Source of the DNA: Laetmonice hystrix
Taxonomy: Eukaryota
DNA length: 64,000 nt
NCBI GenBank assembly: GCA_965235115.1
Contig: OZ249436.1
Span: 23,004,001-23,068,000, forward strand
Direction: 5' to 3'
A program made the position numbers and the translations under genes. Below are positions 22,934-33,481 of the stretch, one piece after another. The notes beneath the pieces were generated by a model. The model was not told the DNA's origin and ran no database searches. It saw only the letters and a list, made by a program, of their open reading frames with translations. Position 1 is the stretch's first letter. The number at the start of each line of letters is the position of its first letter.

Positions 22934-23237
22934 TGTCATGGCCAGGTTTCCCCCGCGCCATGACAGTTCTATTTGTAATCTTAGGGACGGGACGTCCGTG
23001 CCCGTTTTATTACTTTGCCCCTATAAAACTGTCAATCAGTTCTTACCCCCACTTTTATATGTAAGGGCTACGGTGGTTGGCTACAACCGTAGCCCCAGGT
23101 TCTATATATACATATGTAGCCCGGTATGTAATCAGTCTTGGACAGTAGTGGAGAGAGTCTTAAAGGAAAATAAAATAACATCGACCTGGAAGAACAGAGT
23201 TATCAGTTTGTCACAACCGTGGAACTTAGTCGTGACA
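22934..23237 (+). repeat. 3' LTR (304 bp)
   Basis: Identical by eye to the 5' LTR; followed by the CTAT TSD. Confidence 0.97.
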
Positions 23238-24766
23238 CTATGACATGTTGGGGTAGAGAGTCAACTCCTGCTTGGCTACTTTTATGGAACCCTTTTTTTC
23301 TGGAAGAGTTCTACATGGAACCCTCTAACGCTCTATAGAACCCTTTTGAAAAGGTTCTTTACGGAACCCTTCCTCAGAAATTAGCTCTCATATCTTGTGT
23401 TCCAAAGAACCATATACATTTGTATTATGTTTTGGAACCATGGACAGTTCTTTCAAGACCCTGTAAAAACCCTTTTCCGGTAACGGTTCTGTATGGAACC
23501 ATCAGCATTTCTAAAGAACTCCCTCTCCTGAAAGGGTTCCGTATGGAACCCTCAAGATTTCTAAAGAACCATGGTGGAACCATTTTTCTTGAACGGTTCT
23601 GTATGGAACCATCAGCATTTCTATAAAAAAAAAACCTCCCCTGAAAGGGTTCTGTATGGAACCCTCCAGATTTCTAAAGAACCATGATAGAACCATTTTT
23701 CTTGAACGGTTCTGTATGGAACCATCAACTTTTTCAAGGAACCCTTTTTCCTGAAAGGGTTCTACATGGAACCATCCACATTTCCAAAGAACCCTCGTAG
23801 AACCCTCATTAGGCCTATAGGCCTAGGCTTATAAGGCCGGCTTAAATTCATATCCTTGCCCCCGTGCACGTCCCCCCTGCTGATGTCCCCCCCATGAACC
23901 TGGATCCGTGCCTGCTTTGCAATGCCTTTTGACATCATAACATGCGCACTCAGATTGTCCGAATGGTGGGATAAGAGTGTGCATAAATTTTCATATTCTT
24001 GACTTTGCGTTCAATTTTGAAAAAAAGTTTTAAATGTATGACATTCATATGCCGACCTTACCCTATTCAGAGGGGGGGGGGGGGGGGGTCCAGCATAAAA
24101 AGGGCAAATCTATAGGAGGGTCCGTTGTAAAAAAAATAAGGCATTTTGGTTATAAAAAGTGAAATTTGGGAAATTTGAGGGTGGGGTGGGGGGGGGGGGG
24201 GGGTCCGGACGTCGCTGATACCCCCCCCCCCCCGGACGCGGCACTGTTCCCCCCCCACCCCACCCCGGCGCAGCACAACTCATTAGATCTATATCTTCTG
24301 TCCACACTCTTGCATTTTTTTGGGGTCGGGGGGCCCTGACCCCCCCCCCCCCCCCCCCCCCCCCCCGTCGGTGTTACTGCCGCCAGGGGCGGCGGATCCA
24401 TGCAGAACGGGGGGTGCTGAGGGGGCACAGTCAGAAGAGGGCGGCCTATATAATAGTAGGCCTAATCCACATGGCATATCGCTTGGGCCTGCTCGGAGAT
24501 GTGAATGGGCGTAGTCAGGGATGTAAACTTGGGCGCAGTCAGGGATGCGGCTGTCGGACGCCACTCCTCACTACGGCCCACCAGTAAGCGGCATAGATCT
24601 CCAGGCCTACAAACACCACAATCTGAAAAAGTATTAACGTGGGACAACTTAGTAGGTCACAGAATAGCAGCCGTCATTTATGTAAGTAAATTTATACAGT
24701 TATTTAAACATGTCATGCGCTCCAACCGTGGCGTGGGCGTGTTTTTGACTCGGGCTAGGCTGCTTA

Positions 24767-25371
24767 TAGCCAAAGAATTCGGCTCTGTGCTCTGTACAGA
24801 GCCGAAGATCGCTGTTCAGAATTTCCGAGCGTACCCGGACAAATCTTCTGTCTGCCATGAAAAGCCCTCCCTTGTCTCTATATGTTGATGAAATAGTGAT
24901 AAATAAACTCAAAATAACTTATCTCTCATATCTGCAAGCTGGAAAAGCACGATGCGACAAAATAAAGACAGTCACATCTCTTGAACCGAGAAATTTCAAT
25001 GCTCGTTGAGTGCCGCCATTACCGTCGGAGACACTTTCCAACGCAGAGCTACTTCCGCTTCGCTTTCGCTTCACACAGTAGTAAGCGAGTCTCTGCGTAG
25101 GAGAGTGTCGGAGAGATGCATGCTGGGATCAAAGGCAACATGGCGGCCGGTAAAACGCCGTTAAACGGGTGATCTAGACATGAATTTGACGTTGTACTAT
25201 TAAAAACACTGCTTCATGACCCCACACACTTACTGTCGAGATAAATGGATGCCGGTGAGTTGATCAGTGCAAGCGGTGGTGGTCTGGCCTGGGTGTGGTC
25301 TGGCCCGCCAGGAATTTAAGCCATTGCCTGTAAGCCTTGTTGGCTCGGCACAAGGCTTACTACGTAGGCTA
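24767..25371 (+). mobile_element. Non-autonomous AcademH-like element, copy 1
   Basis: Termini TAGCC...GGCTA; perfect 9-bp TSD GGCTGCTTA; a hairpin just inside each end; near-identical inverted copy at 49315-49921. Confidence 0.8.
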
Positions 25372-25445
25372 GGCTGCTTATAATGAGCGATAATACAAAT
25401 TACAATGTTTCATGTTTGAGAGTGGGACTGGGAGGGACTGGGCAG

Positions 25446-25767
25446 CAATGGGGTACCGCGTTTTCCGCATGGCGGCAGCACTGTGCAAGCGGTTCTGAAG
25501 GCGACATTTTAGCATAGAATTAGATAGGCTGATAGCTGCTAATCTGTGACTGGTTGCCATACCGGCATTTGTTCTACTGACTAAAGAGGTATGGTAATTT
25601 TTAGACTTCTTTCAGTTTAGTCCATATGAGTTAATATTATTTAGTAATGATAAGTTTAAGTCATCCTACAGCACATTAGCATTTCGTTGTTTAGCTTGTG
25701 CTAATGTCATCCAGCAAGGACTGACGTGCAGGTGCTGCCGCCATGCAGATTTGACTGGAAATCCCCA
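25446..25767. mobile_element. ~320-bp MITE, copy 2 (see 5445-5776)
   Basis: Shared internal sequence and inverted ends CAATGGGG...CCCCA. Confidence 0.75.
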
Positions 25768-26839
25768 AACCCCGCCTGCAGCCCCGGCCGCCACCTCGGG
25801 CTCGGCCCGACCTTCCGCAGTCTGCTGCTCAGTGCGGCATCTGCCATATTTTTAAGCCTGAGACAGCCTCGGTTTAATAGGAAAACCCGTAACTAATATT
25901 GGAGCGCTATTGGGCGGAATGTGTGTTTTACATTCTAGTCTAGAGACGTTTTGCAAGGGCGGCATCATCCCTGCTTGCATGGACTCGGGCGTCCTGCCTG
26001 CCTGCCGCCTGGCTCCCCTACCCCTGGCCCCACAGGTCGCTCCCGGCAGGTGAGCCAGAGTAAGTGCCGGCCTACCCCCGCGGCCAACTGCCCAGCATGG
26101 CATAGGGGCCTAGATCACTGCCATATTTCCAAACCTGAGACAGCGTCGGCCACCTATATATGGGCTAGTATATGTCGTTTTATAAGCAATTAACTTTATT
26201 GTATGAACCATAGAACTTTAGGAACTGAGTAAGATAGTATTAAGGATTTTTCAAATTTCAACTGACAATTGACATGCACACAGGTGTTCGCTCTACAGCG
26301 CACAATGCAATCAGTCGGCCTATAGGCCTATAGCCAAAATAGGGGGCCTAGAGTCATATTTTACACATGACGACTTTTTCTTAGTAAAACGTAGTCTTGT
26401 CGAGCAATTTTATCAAGCGAATTTTTGTGAAGCGAAAAGGTCGGTTGTTTTGTTTTTCTCTGGCCTCCTCGGGCTGCTTATGTGCCTAAACGTTCGATGT
26501 GCCACCATGCGGTAACAATGAAAGATCGGAAATCTCCCAGACTCTCTTATCTGAGAGTCTGGCGTTACCGAGACTGCACAGAGGTGGGAAAACAATAAGT
26601 GATCAAACACCTGTATTAACGGTTCGCTGTGATGAGCGACTCTGCCCCTATGACTTTCATTGATAAAACAACTTCCCAAACGAAAGCTGCATGGGAACAC
26701 CATATGGAGAACATATATGTTACTCAAGAGATTATATTGTTTGTTAACTTAAGATGCTGGTAGCAGACAATGAATACAAATGTCTATAATGAACATAATT
26801 TTTCTGGGGGTAAATCAGAGGTACGCATTAGAAATAAAT

Positions 26840-27631
26840 AGACAGGAACGACCGAGTGTGCTGATACGGAAAGCTGTATCGGACGAGGCGGCAAGCGCGG
26901 AGTAATATCAGCACGAGCCCGATAGGGCGAGTGCTGATGTAAAACTCCGCGCTTGCCGCCGAGTCCGATACAGCTTTCCGTATCAGCACACGAGTTTGTT
27001 CCTGTTTTTATTACCCCTTTCTACAATGTAATGGATATTATGTGCCTAAGAAATAACATTTTGGCAAGATCAAGAGGAAAAAACCATTTTAGGTCTATGA
27101 TCTATATACTTGAAGCAACGAACGTCATTGTCGTTTGTTATTTGTGACGTCGTCGTTTGTTATCAGTGACGTAACTTAAACTTTGTAGAGAGGAAACTGT
27201 CCAACGAGCTGCTCCGCTAGATCAACTAAAACATGTATTTCAAGACATACGAAAGTTTGCTAAGCTTGAGAACTTTTGAATTATGCATAAAAAACGTTGA
27301 GAACGAGTTGAGTAAGAGTTCTGAGGACTGCTAAGTCAGTTTAATTCAGTATTCTTGAGAATTATCGAGGTGCTGGCCCAGTTTTCGGCGAAGACGGTCT
27401 AAATTAGGCCACGCCCCCTCAATGAAATACTTACCACTGATTGGTCATAAAACTCGGTCAAGGTGTATCTGGGTCAGTGAAGGCGACTGATACAGGATTT
27501 GGAATATCCGTATCACACGCCTCCGTAACCAATCAGTGTGCTTCGTTTAGAACTGTGCTGATACAGATTCCGTATCAGCACAGTAGCTTCAGCCAATCAG
27601 ATTGCTCCGTTCACCCCAAAGGGGTAATAAA
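26840..27631. repeat. Repeat element with a long GC-rich hairpin (26840-27005) and an asymmetric inverted pair TTTATTACCCCTT / AAGGGGTAATAAA
   Basis: GTGTGCTGATACGGAAAGCTGTATCGGAC...GTCCGATACAGCTTTCCGTATCAGCACAC stem; related CTGATAC...GTATCAG palindromes at 27487-27580. Family not identified. Confidence 0.6.
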
Positions 27632-28024
27632 CATAAGAATTGTCTCTGACATAAGATGTTTGTCCATTATTTTGAGCAAGAGTACAGGGGTCGAATTTCG
27701 TTGGTCGGGGGGCACTGCAATTATTGCCTTGGAAATCCTTTGGATCATGAGGGCACCACGACAATTACAATTATTGGTAAGGGGCACCAAGGCAAATTTA
27801 AAATGGGCAACACGGCAAACTATGCATTTACTCTAATTTGACAAGTTTTGGGTGAATTTAGGGATTAGAGAAAGGGTGCATGTTTGGTGTGCCCCCTCCT
27901 TAGTTTGGGAACTCTACTGGACAGAAATCAGTAATCTTTCTTGAAATAGCAATGTTACTTGAACGAAACGAACTTCACTGAGACGTTCTGAAGTCCCTTC
28001 CAAGGTCACCTTAACGGTTCTTTA

Positions 28025-28247
28025 AGGCCGCCGCACACGACGAACATTTGTGCGCGAACATTTGTTTCCGAACAAAATCCGCTCGTGTGCGGTGATCAAA
28101 ACTCCGAACGAACAATTGTTCGTCGGTATTCAACATGTTAAATACCGACGAACAATTGTTCGTTCGGCGTTTTGATCACCGCACACGAGCGGATTTTTGT
28201 TCGGGAACAAATGTTCGCGCACAAATGTTCGTCGTGTGCGGCGGTCT
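28025..28247. mobile_element. Fully palindromic PIF/Harbinger-type MITE
   Basis: The whole 223 bp folds back around AACATGTT (28132-28139) with few mismatches; TTA TSD on both sides. Confidence 0.85.
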
Positions 28248-29183
28248 TTAATTGGGGTAAAAATTAGACTTGGCCCACTGAAGGAGTCCGACCAGGGAAG
28301 CATCACAAGTCAGCAGCAGGGCTGAAGAAGTGGGCGGGTGGTAGCGGTGACTGGTAGCTGGACACTTGTCATCATAACCCGTTATAACTGTGAAACCACA
28401 GTTGGGTTGCTCACAGAGCAGTAAGATGGTCACGGTGGGGTGGAGGACTAGCAGCCGACTGACCCTTCTTTTGGTTGAAAATTGTCAGCCCCAGATGAGA
28501 ATTGTCGGGCCAATGGCCGAGGGGCCGGGGTTAAGACTATTAAGGGGAACACTGCTAAACCAATCAATGATGAAAACTTGAGACCTACACATGGCCAGCT
28601 ATCATGGCCTATTACGAGAGAAAACATTTTAAAGAAAGTTTTAGGACATTGCTGACGATAGATGCAATCACTGCTAGGGCACCAAGGCAAGAGGTTAAAA
28701 GGGCACGGCATTGCCGATAGAGGTCAAATTAAAAGGGCACCACGGCAAAGTATGTACATGTCTTTTAACCTGCCTAATGTTTCCCTGCTTCACTAGACAA
28801 TGGTTACCTTCAACAAACCACTCGGAATCGGTTGCGTATGTCACCTCGCTGGTCGTCGTAACTTCAGACCTGATTTACACAACGGCGCAAAGTTGCACAG
28901 CCGTCGAGAAACACCAACGACAGGATACACATTGCGTAACTCGTACGACGCTTTCGAGAAACAGGCCCCAGGCCATTCTAGAATCGGCCAGATTCTCACT
29001 GACCCAGGCCAGCCAGGAGCGACGTGCCACTGCTGCCAATAGCCAACCTGTACATGATGATCATACATGCTGCACAAAATGATGTTGCGCTCACATGCAC
29101 GAGTGATAATGGGGATGATTATTAAATTTCTGGTTTCTTTGATTTATAAAGTATCTAAAAACCTATCTTTCAACATAGTTTAA

Positions 29184-29587
29184 GGTCATGTGCTATACTA
29201 AATCAAACCCATTACATATCGATACTATGTATTTTAATAGAAGGAACAAGTGTTTCTGATTATAAAAATGTATAAATATCCATATTTCGCCATGCTAACT
29301 TTTGTGTGGGATGTCTATAGAAAATCCATGTCTTGGCTACTTTGAGTGCTTCTTACACTCATCTGGGGGCCTTCAAGGTAAATTCAAGGCTTTGCAAAGG
29401 CATACATTTCCTATAAACCCAGGCTTATTACAAAAAAATAAGCATGGTGACATATACATTTTTAAACTGAAAAACACTTGTTCTTTCTAATAAAATACAA
29501 AATATTGATATCTAGTGGGTTTGTGTTTTATACATTGGTTACTATGGCGAGATTTGGCACGAGATTTGAGAGGTGTAGCACATGACC
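29184..29587. mobile_element. Kolobok-type MITE
   Basis: TTAA|GGTCATGTGCTA...TAGCACATGACC|TTAA; related partial copy at about 62010-62198. Confidence 0.8.
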
Positions 29588-29767
29588 TTAAGGCTTTAAA
29601 GGTAAACTCTATTGAACTCTAAAAATTGAACGAACGAGCGGCTAGGGGGCTCACCGCTGTACCGAGGGCTGCGACCATGGGAACACCATTACACCATTTG
29701 GGATTCCCTGCCTGAAAAAGTCTATAAGGGTCGCAAACAAAAATTCGCCGAGAACGAACTGAAGGCT

Positions 29768-31516
29768 GTGAGGCTGTGGACTGATGGTGTTTTCTGTTGG
29801 TTGCAGGGGGTGGGAGTGAGGCTGTGGACTGAGGGTGTTTTCTGTTGGTTGCAGGGGGTGGGAGTGAGGCTGTGGACTGAGGGTGTTTTCTGTTTGTTGT
29901 AGGAGGTGGGAGTGAGGCTGTGGACTGATGGTGTTGTCTGTACAGGAGGTGGGAGTGAGGCTGTGGACTGATGGTGTTGTCTGTACAGGAGGTGGGAGTG
30001 AGGCTGTGGACTGATGGTGTTGTCTGTTTGTTGTAGGAGGTGGGAGTGAGGCTGTGGACTGATGGTGTTTTCTGTTTGTTGTAGGAGGTGGGAGTGAGGC
30101 TGTGGACTGATGGTGTTTTCTGTTTGTTGTAGGAGGTGGGAGTGAGGCTGTGGACTGATGGTGTTTTCTGTTTGTTGTAGGAGGTGGGAGTGAGGCTGTG
30201 GACTGATGGTGTTTTCTGTTTGTTGTAGGAGGTGGGAGTGAGGCTGTGGACTGAGGGTGTTTTCTGTTGGTTGCAGGGGGTGGGAGTGAGGCTGTGGATT
30301 GATGGTGTTTTCTGTTTGTTGTAGGAGGTGGGAGTGAGGCTGTGGATTGATGGTGTTTTCTGTTTGTTGTAGGAGGTGGGAGTGAGGCTGTGGACTGAGG
30401 GTGTTTTCTGTTGGTTGCAGGGGGTGGGAGTGAGGCTTGGATTGATGGTGTTTTCTGTTTGTTGTAGGAGGTGGGAGTGAGGCTGTGGATTGATGGTGTT
30501 TTCTGTTTGTTGTAGGAGGTGGGAGTGAGGCTGTGGACTGATGGTGTTGTCTGTACAGGAGGTGGGAGTGAGGCTGTGGACTGATGGTGTTGTCTGTACA
30601 GGAGGTGGGAGTGAGGCTGTGGACTGATGGTGTTGTCTGTACAGGAGGTGGGAGTGAGGCTGTGGACTGATGGTGTTGTCTGTACAGGAGGTGGGAGTGA
30701 GGCTGTGGACTGATGGTGTTGTCTGTTTGTTGTAGGAGGTGGGAGTGAGGCTGTGGACTGATGGTGTTTTCTGTTTGTTGTAGGAGGTGGGAGTGAGGCT
30801 GTGGACTGATGGTGTTTTCTGTTTGTTGTAGGAGGTGGGAGTGAGGCTGTGGACTGATGGTGTTTTCTGTTTGTTGTAGGAGGTGGGAGTGAGGCTGTGG
30901 ACTGATGGTGTTTTCTGTTTGTTGTAGGAGGTGGGAGTGAGGCTGTGGACTGATGGTGTTGTCTGTACAGGAGGTGGGAGTGAGGCTGTGGACTGATGGT
31001 GTTGTCTGTACAGGAGGTGGGAGTGAGGCTGTGGACTGATGGTGTTGTCTGTACAGGAGGTGGGAGTGAGGCTGTGGACTGATGGTGTTGTCTGTACAGG
31101 AGGTGGGAGTGAGGCTGTGGACTGATGGTGTTGTCTGTACAGGAGGTGGGAGTGAGGCTGTGGACTGATGGTGTTGTCTGTTTGTTGTAGGAGGTGGGAG
31201 TGAGGCTGTGGACTGATGGTGTTTTCTGTTTGTTGTAGGAGGTGGGAGTGAGGCTGTGGACTGATGGTGTTTTCTGTTTGTTGTAGGAGGTGGGAGTGAG
31301 GCTGTGGACTGATGGTGTTGTCTGTACAGGAGGTGGGAGTGAGGCTGTGGACTGATGGTGTTTTCTGTTTGTTGTAGGAGGTGGGAGTGAGGCTGTGGAC
31401 TGATGGTGTTTTCTGTTTGTTGTAGGAGGTGGGAGTGAGGCTGTGGACTGATGGTGTTGTCTGTACAGGAGGTGGGAGTGAGGCTGTGGATTGATGGTGT
31501 TGTCTGTTTGTTGCAG
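29768..31516. repeat. Minisatellite of about 38 units of 48/43 bp
   Basis: Units GTGAGGCTGTGGACTGATGGTGTTTTCTGTTTGTTGTAGGAGGTGGGA (48 bp) and ...GGTGTTGTCTGTACAGGAGGTGGGA (43 bp). Confidence 0.95.
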
Positions 31517-31549
31517 GTGGTGAACTTGAAAGGTTAGGGCTGTGGACCA

Positions 31550-31660
31550 ATGGCGTTGTCAGGTGGGCATGAAACAACAGTGGTGGGAGGACTGTACTTC
31601 ACCAAGTTCAAAGAAGGTCATTGGAAATCAGGATCTCCTCTGCCATCAGTCCTCTTGAAG
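31550..31660 (+). CDS. LAS2: LAS2/C18orf54-like host gene, coding exon 1 (exon starts at 31517)
   Basis: Acceptor TTGTTGCAG at 31516; in-frame TAG upstream of the ATG; donor AAG|GTCAGT, phase 0. Confidence 0.6.
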
Positions 31661-31886
31661 GTCAGTGTCACTCTCTTTATTGTTAAAAATAAAACCTGCA
31701 TAATGGACGAAAGTCACAAGGAGATACTGCTGGCTGTGTTAGACATGACATGTTATTGTTAGAGCTACTGGTTCATGTGTTATCTGCCAACCATTTGAAC
31801 TGATTAGCTTTTCCATAACAGACAGGATCCAGAAATTCCCAGTAAATGGGTAGATATACTCATTGATTGATTAACCTTCGCTTCAG

Positions 31887-32169
31887 AACAAGGAGTACTT
31901 GTCAGCCAGCGCTGCACTTGACACCTACATCCACGAGTATGAGGGCCACCCCTTGGACGTCAGAGGTGAGGTGGGCCAGACTGAGGCTGTGGAGGACCTC
32001 CTCCTGCGCAGACCTCCAGGGATGACCCTGGAGGGATTGACCAGGCTGGGATCCACGGACAGGCTCCCACTCCAGTGGCTCTCTTCCCTCAACAGGCTGG
32101 TCGATGAAGTGTATGAGCACCAAGAGGTCCACCCTAGTAGGCCTGGCCACGATAGTGCACCACCTGGAG
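31887..32169 (+). CDS. LAS2: LAS2/C18orf54-like host gene, coding exon 2
   Basis: CTTCAG| acceptor; K|NKEYLSASAALDTYI resembles the LAS2 motif KDKLYRSASQALQAYI as I recall it; phase-1 donor G|GTAACA. Confidence 0.7.
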
Positions 32170-32953
32170 GTAACAATATTAGTAATATCATGGTCATACA
32201 TTTGGCATCTAGTTTAAATGCGTTGTAGTCTGAGCTGGCAGTACAGTCTGTATGATACTTTTTTGATACCTGGAAAAAATATTGTCCCGTACCGTAAAAT
32301 GAGGTGACTGCGGGGGACATTGGCCCAAAAATTGGATTTTGTTTCAAATCAAAACTTTCTGAAAAGGGTAGTTAAATGCAAAAATTATGACACTTATGGA
32401 AAATTTAATATCTCAGGTCTATGCTGTATTTTAATCAGTGATCATGATTCCTATAAGCAACTGATAGATCTATTTTTAGAACATTTTGTGGTGCCATGCA
32501 GAGCGCCAGATGTGTTAAAAATAGATCTGATGTAAACTTTTATTTCAGGCAGCATACTTAAGATGTTTTCAGTCAGTTTAACTTTTGATCTTGTATGGGC
32601 AAGGTCTTTTTGACAACTTTCAAAAGTAAATAAATTGCAGCATCATTAATAATTATAGGTTTATTAATGAGCTGTTGATTTTTGCATAACTGTGTTATCT
32701 GAGGATGAGGAAATTGGGAGTTTGTCAACAATGTTGTTGAACTTTGCAATTCTAACTCTGAAAATTATGTTTTTAATTTTTTTTGATGTTTGTGTTTATT
32801 TAAAAAAAATGCAACTTTGGGCTAATCACACCCCTTTGTGGGGTTAGCTTTCTCTAAACTTTGTTATACTTATACTAGGTGCCAGATCAAAGTCGCCACC
32901 AGCTGCGGGGTGACTTTGGCCTGACAACATTTATTCTTCATACATGTGCTTAA

Positions 32954-33481
32954 AGGGGCATGCTATGAAACACGTTTTTGAGGATTTCCGGAAATTATCC
33001 AACATGACCGTGTACTAGGGATCCAAGTAAATAATCCTACCACAGCATTTTGTCCTCCGACGTGTTTTCGCTGCGTATGCCGCACAAGTAGATTCTATGC
33101 GACCAAACCTATAGATTTCTCCCGATAGCACATCTCCCGCCATAATTTGGCGAACAACCTCCCATTAACCCGTGTAATTGCATACTGTGTCACATCCTCT
33201 GTGTGCACTCTCTGCATGTGCTTAGTCACGTGCTTTGCTTAGTTGTAAACAATTCAGCAGTGGCACTCGAACGCCCGGCATCAGAATGCCACCCAAAAAA
33301 TATTTTACGAAATCGGCAGAGAAGCGGGCAAGGGAGCTTAATAAACTTCGATTTCTCACGCAAAATGAAACTGATAAGTATGTCTTTGTTTACCAAGCAA
33401 TTTTAATGAAGGATCTCTTTATGAAAACAGCAAAAGTTCTATGAAATACCGATTTCTAACGTTTCCTCATAATATGCCCCT
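32954..33481 (+). mobile_element. Kolobok-type MITE
   Basis: TTAA|AGGGGCAT...ATGCCCCT|TTAA. Confidence 0.85.

Larger units (their letters stand above)
13504..23237 (+). mobile_element. Full-length Ty3/Gypsy LTR retrotransposon with a NADAR domain in Pol
   Basis: TGTCA...TGACA LTRs at 13504-13807 and 22934-23237; CTAT TSD (13500-13503, 23238-23241); PBS, PPT, gag, and pol in PR-RT-RH-IN order. Confidence 0.97.
12857..23810. mobile_element. GAACC-rich CACTA/EnSpm-like non-autonomous element split by the Gypsy insertion (12857-13503 and 23238-23810)
   Basis: Begins CACTCTCAGAAAAAAAAGTTC; subterminal GAACC repeats; three ~110-bp tandem units at 23482-23790; right terminus not found. Confidence 0.5.

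Noticed and set aside
24067..24564. Gly/Pro-rich ORFs
   Set aside because: Produced by poly-G/poly-C runs in short repeat fragments.
29768..31516. Possible CRISPR array
   Set aside because: Units are head-to-tail with no unique spacers, there are no cas genes, and the context is eukaryotic.
29619..31577. 652-aa minus-strand ORF
   Set aside because: It is the stop-free C/A-rich strand of the minisatellite; the peptide cycles through frames as 48- and 43-bp units alternate.
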